Both the position numbers and the translations under genes were made by a program. DNA of 64,000 bases from Spizellomyces punctatus DAOM BR117. Taxonomy: Eukaryota. The stretch's first letter is position 1; each line of letters starts with the position of its first letter. Below the pieces are notes generated by a model, which saw only the letters and a list, made by a program, of their open reading frames with translations, had not been told where the DNA came from and did no database searches. Shown here in pieces: positions 63,613-64,000 of this stretch. The stretch is taken from assembly GCA_000182565.2 (NCBI GenBank), contig KQ257459.1, one strand, 5' to 3'.

Positions 63613-64000
63613 TATCAATATTACAGTCTATTGTACAGAATGTTGTATAAAAGTATGAGAGCTACAATTCCATAAGCGGTCATGCGACGGACGTAATATC
63701 TTCAACACCGATCTGTCCTCTTTTTGTCAGACCTCTTTTAGCTCTCCAAGCCAGCTTTTTCCAGCGTTTGCTGACGGAAGCTCTAAAGGCTTTCCATTTG
63801 GATACTCGTTGGGTCACGTCGGATACTAGAGTCAGAGTCGATGCGTCTTGGGTTTGTGGCAGCATTCTTGATGATGATGCAAGTAATTGACGGAGATGGG
63901 CTATTTCAGATTCTAGGGATAGGATCCTAAGAGGAAAACGGATAAGGCAAATAGTCGAATGGTCGAATAGTCGAATGGTGACAGCCTATTCAAATCAACG

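Noticed and set aside
63680-63865. 61-aa minus-strand ORF at the window end
   Set aside because: Short, with no recognisable motif. It may be the last exon of a gene outside the window but cannot be supported here.

Overview
Left end of a eukaryotic chromosome from an intron-rich fungus, probably a chytrid (inferred from the close resemblance of its Fanzor to Spizellomyces punctatus SpuFz1). A (CCCTAA)n telomere (1-210) is joined directly into the reading frame of an anoctamin/TMEM16 gene, cutting it before its transmembrane domain. The most notable element is a complete ~2.2-kb Fanzor1 (eukaryotic TnpB-like RNA-guided nuclease) locus at 2727-4940. It has a 5' CATA motif, 30-bp imperfect terminal inverted repeats, a single-frame nuclease ORF inactivated by apparent CpG-deamination mutations, and a structured omegaRNA scaffold whose guide would come from flanking DNA. 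Most of the rest is ordinary fungal genes: VNX1-type exchanger, phospholipase B, CHIP, PDR ABC transporter, Nup159/214, Pam17, chitin deacetylase, OFA-type MFS, Nvj2/TEX2-like, Hsp70, WOPR factor, OAC1-like carrier with C-terminal EF-hands, M13 peptidase, GST, PP2C and two identical tRNA-Arg(UCG). Other oddities are an intronless MPG-like gene, an abutting GH20/GH18 pseudogene pair and a small structured repeat array. Gene boundaries were read by eye, family calls come from recalled motifs, and no searches were run.
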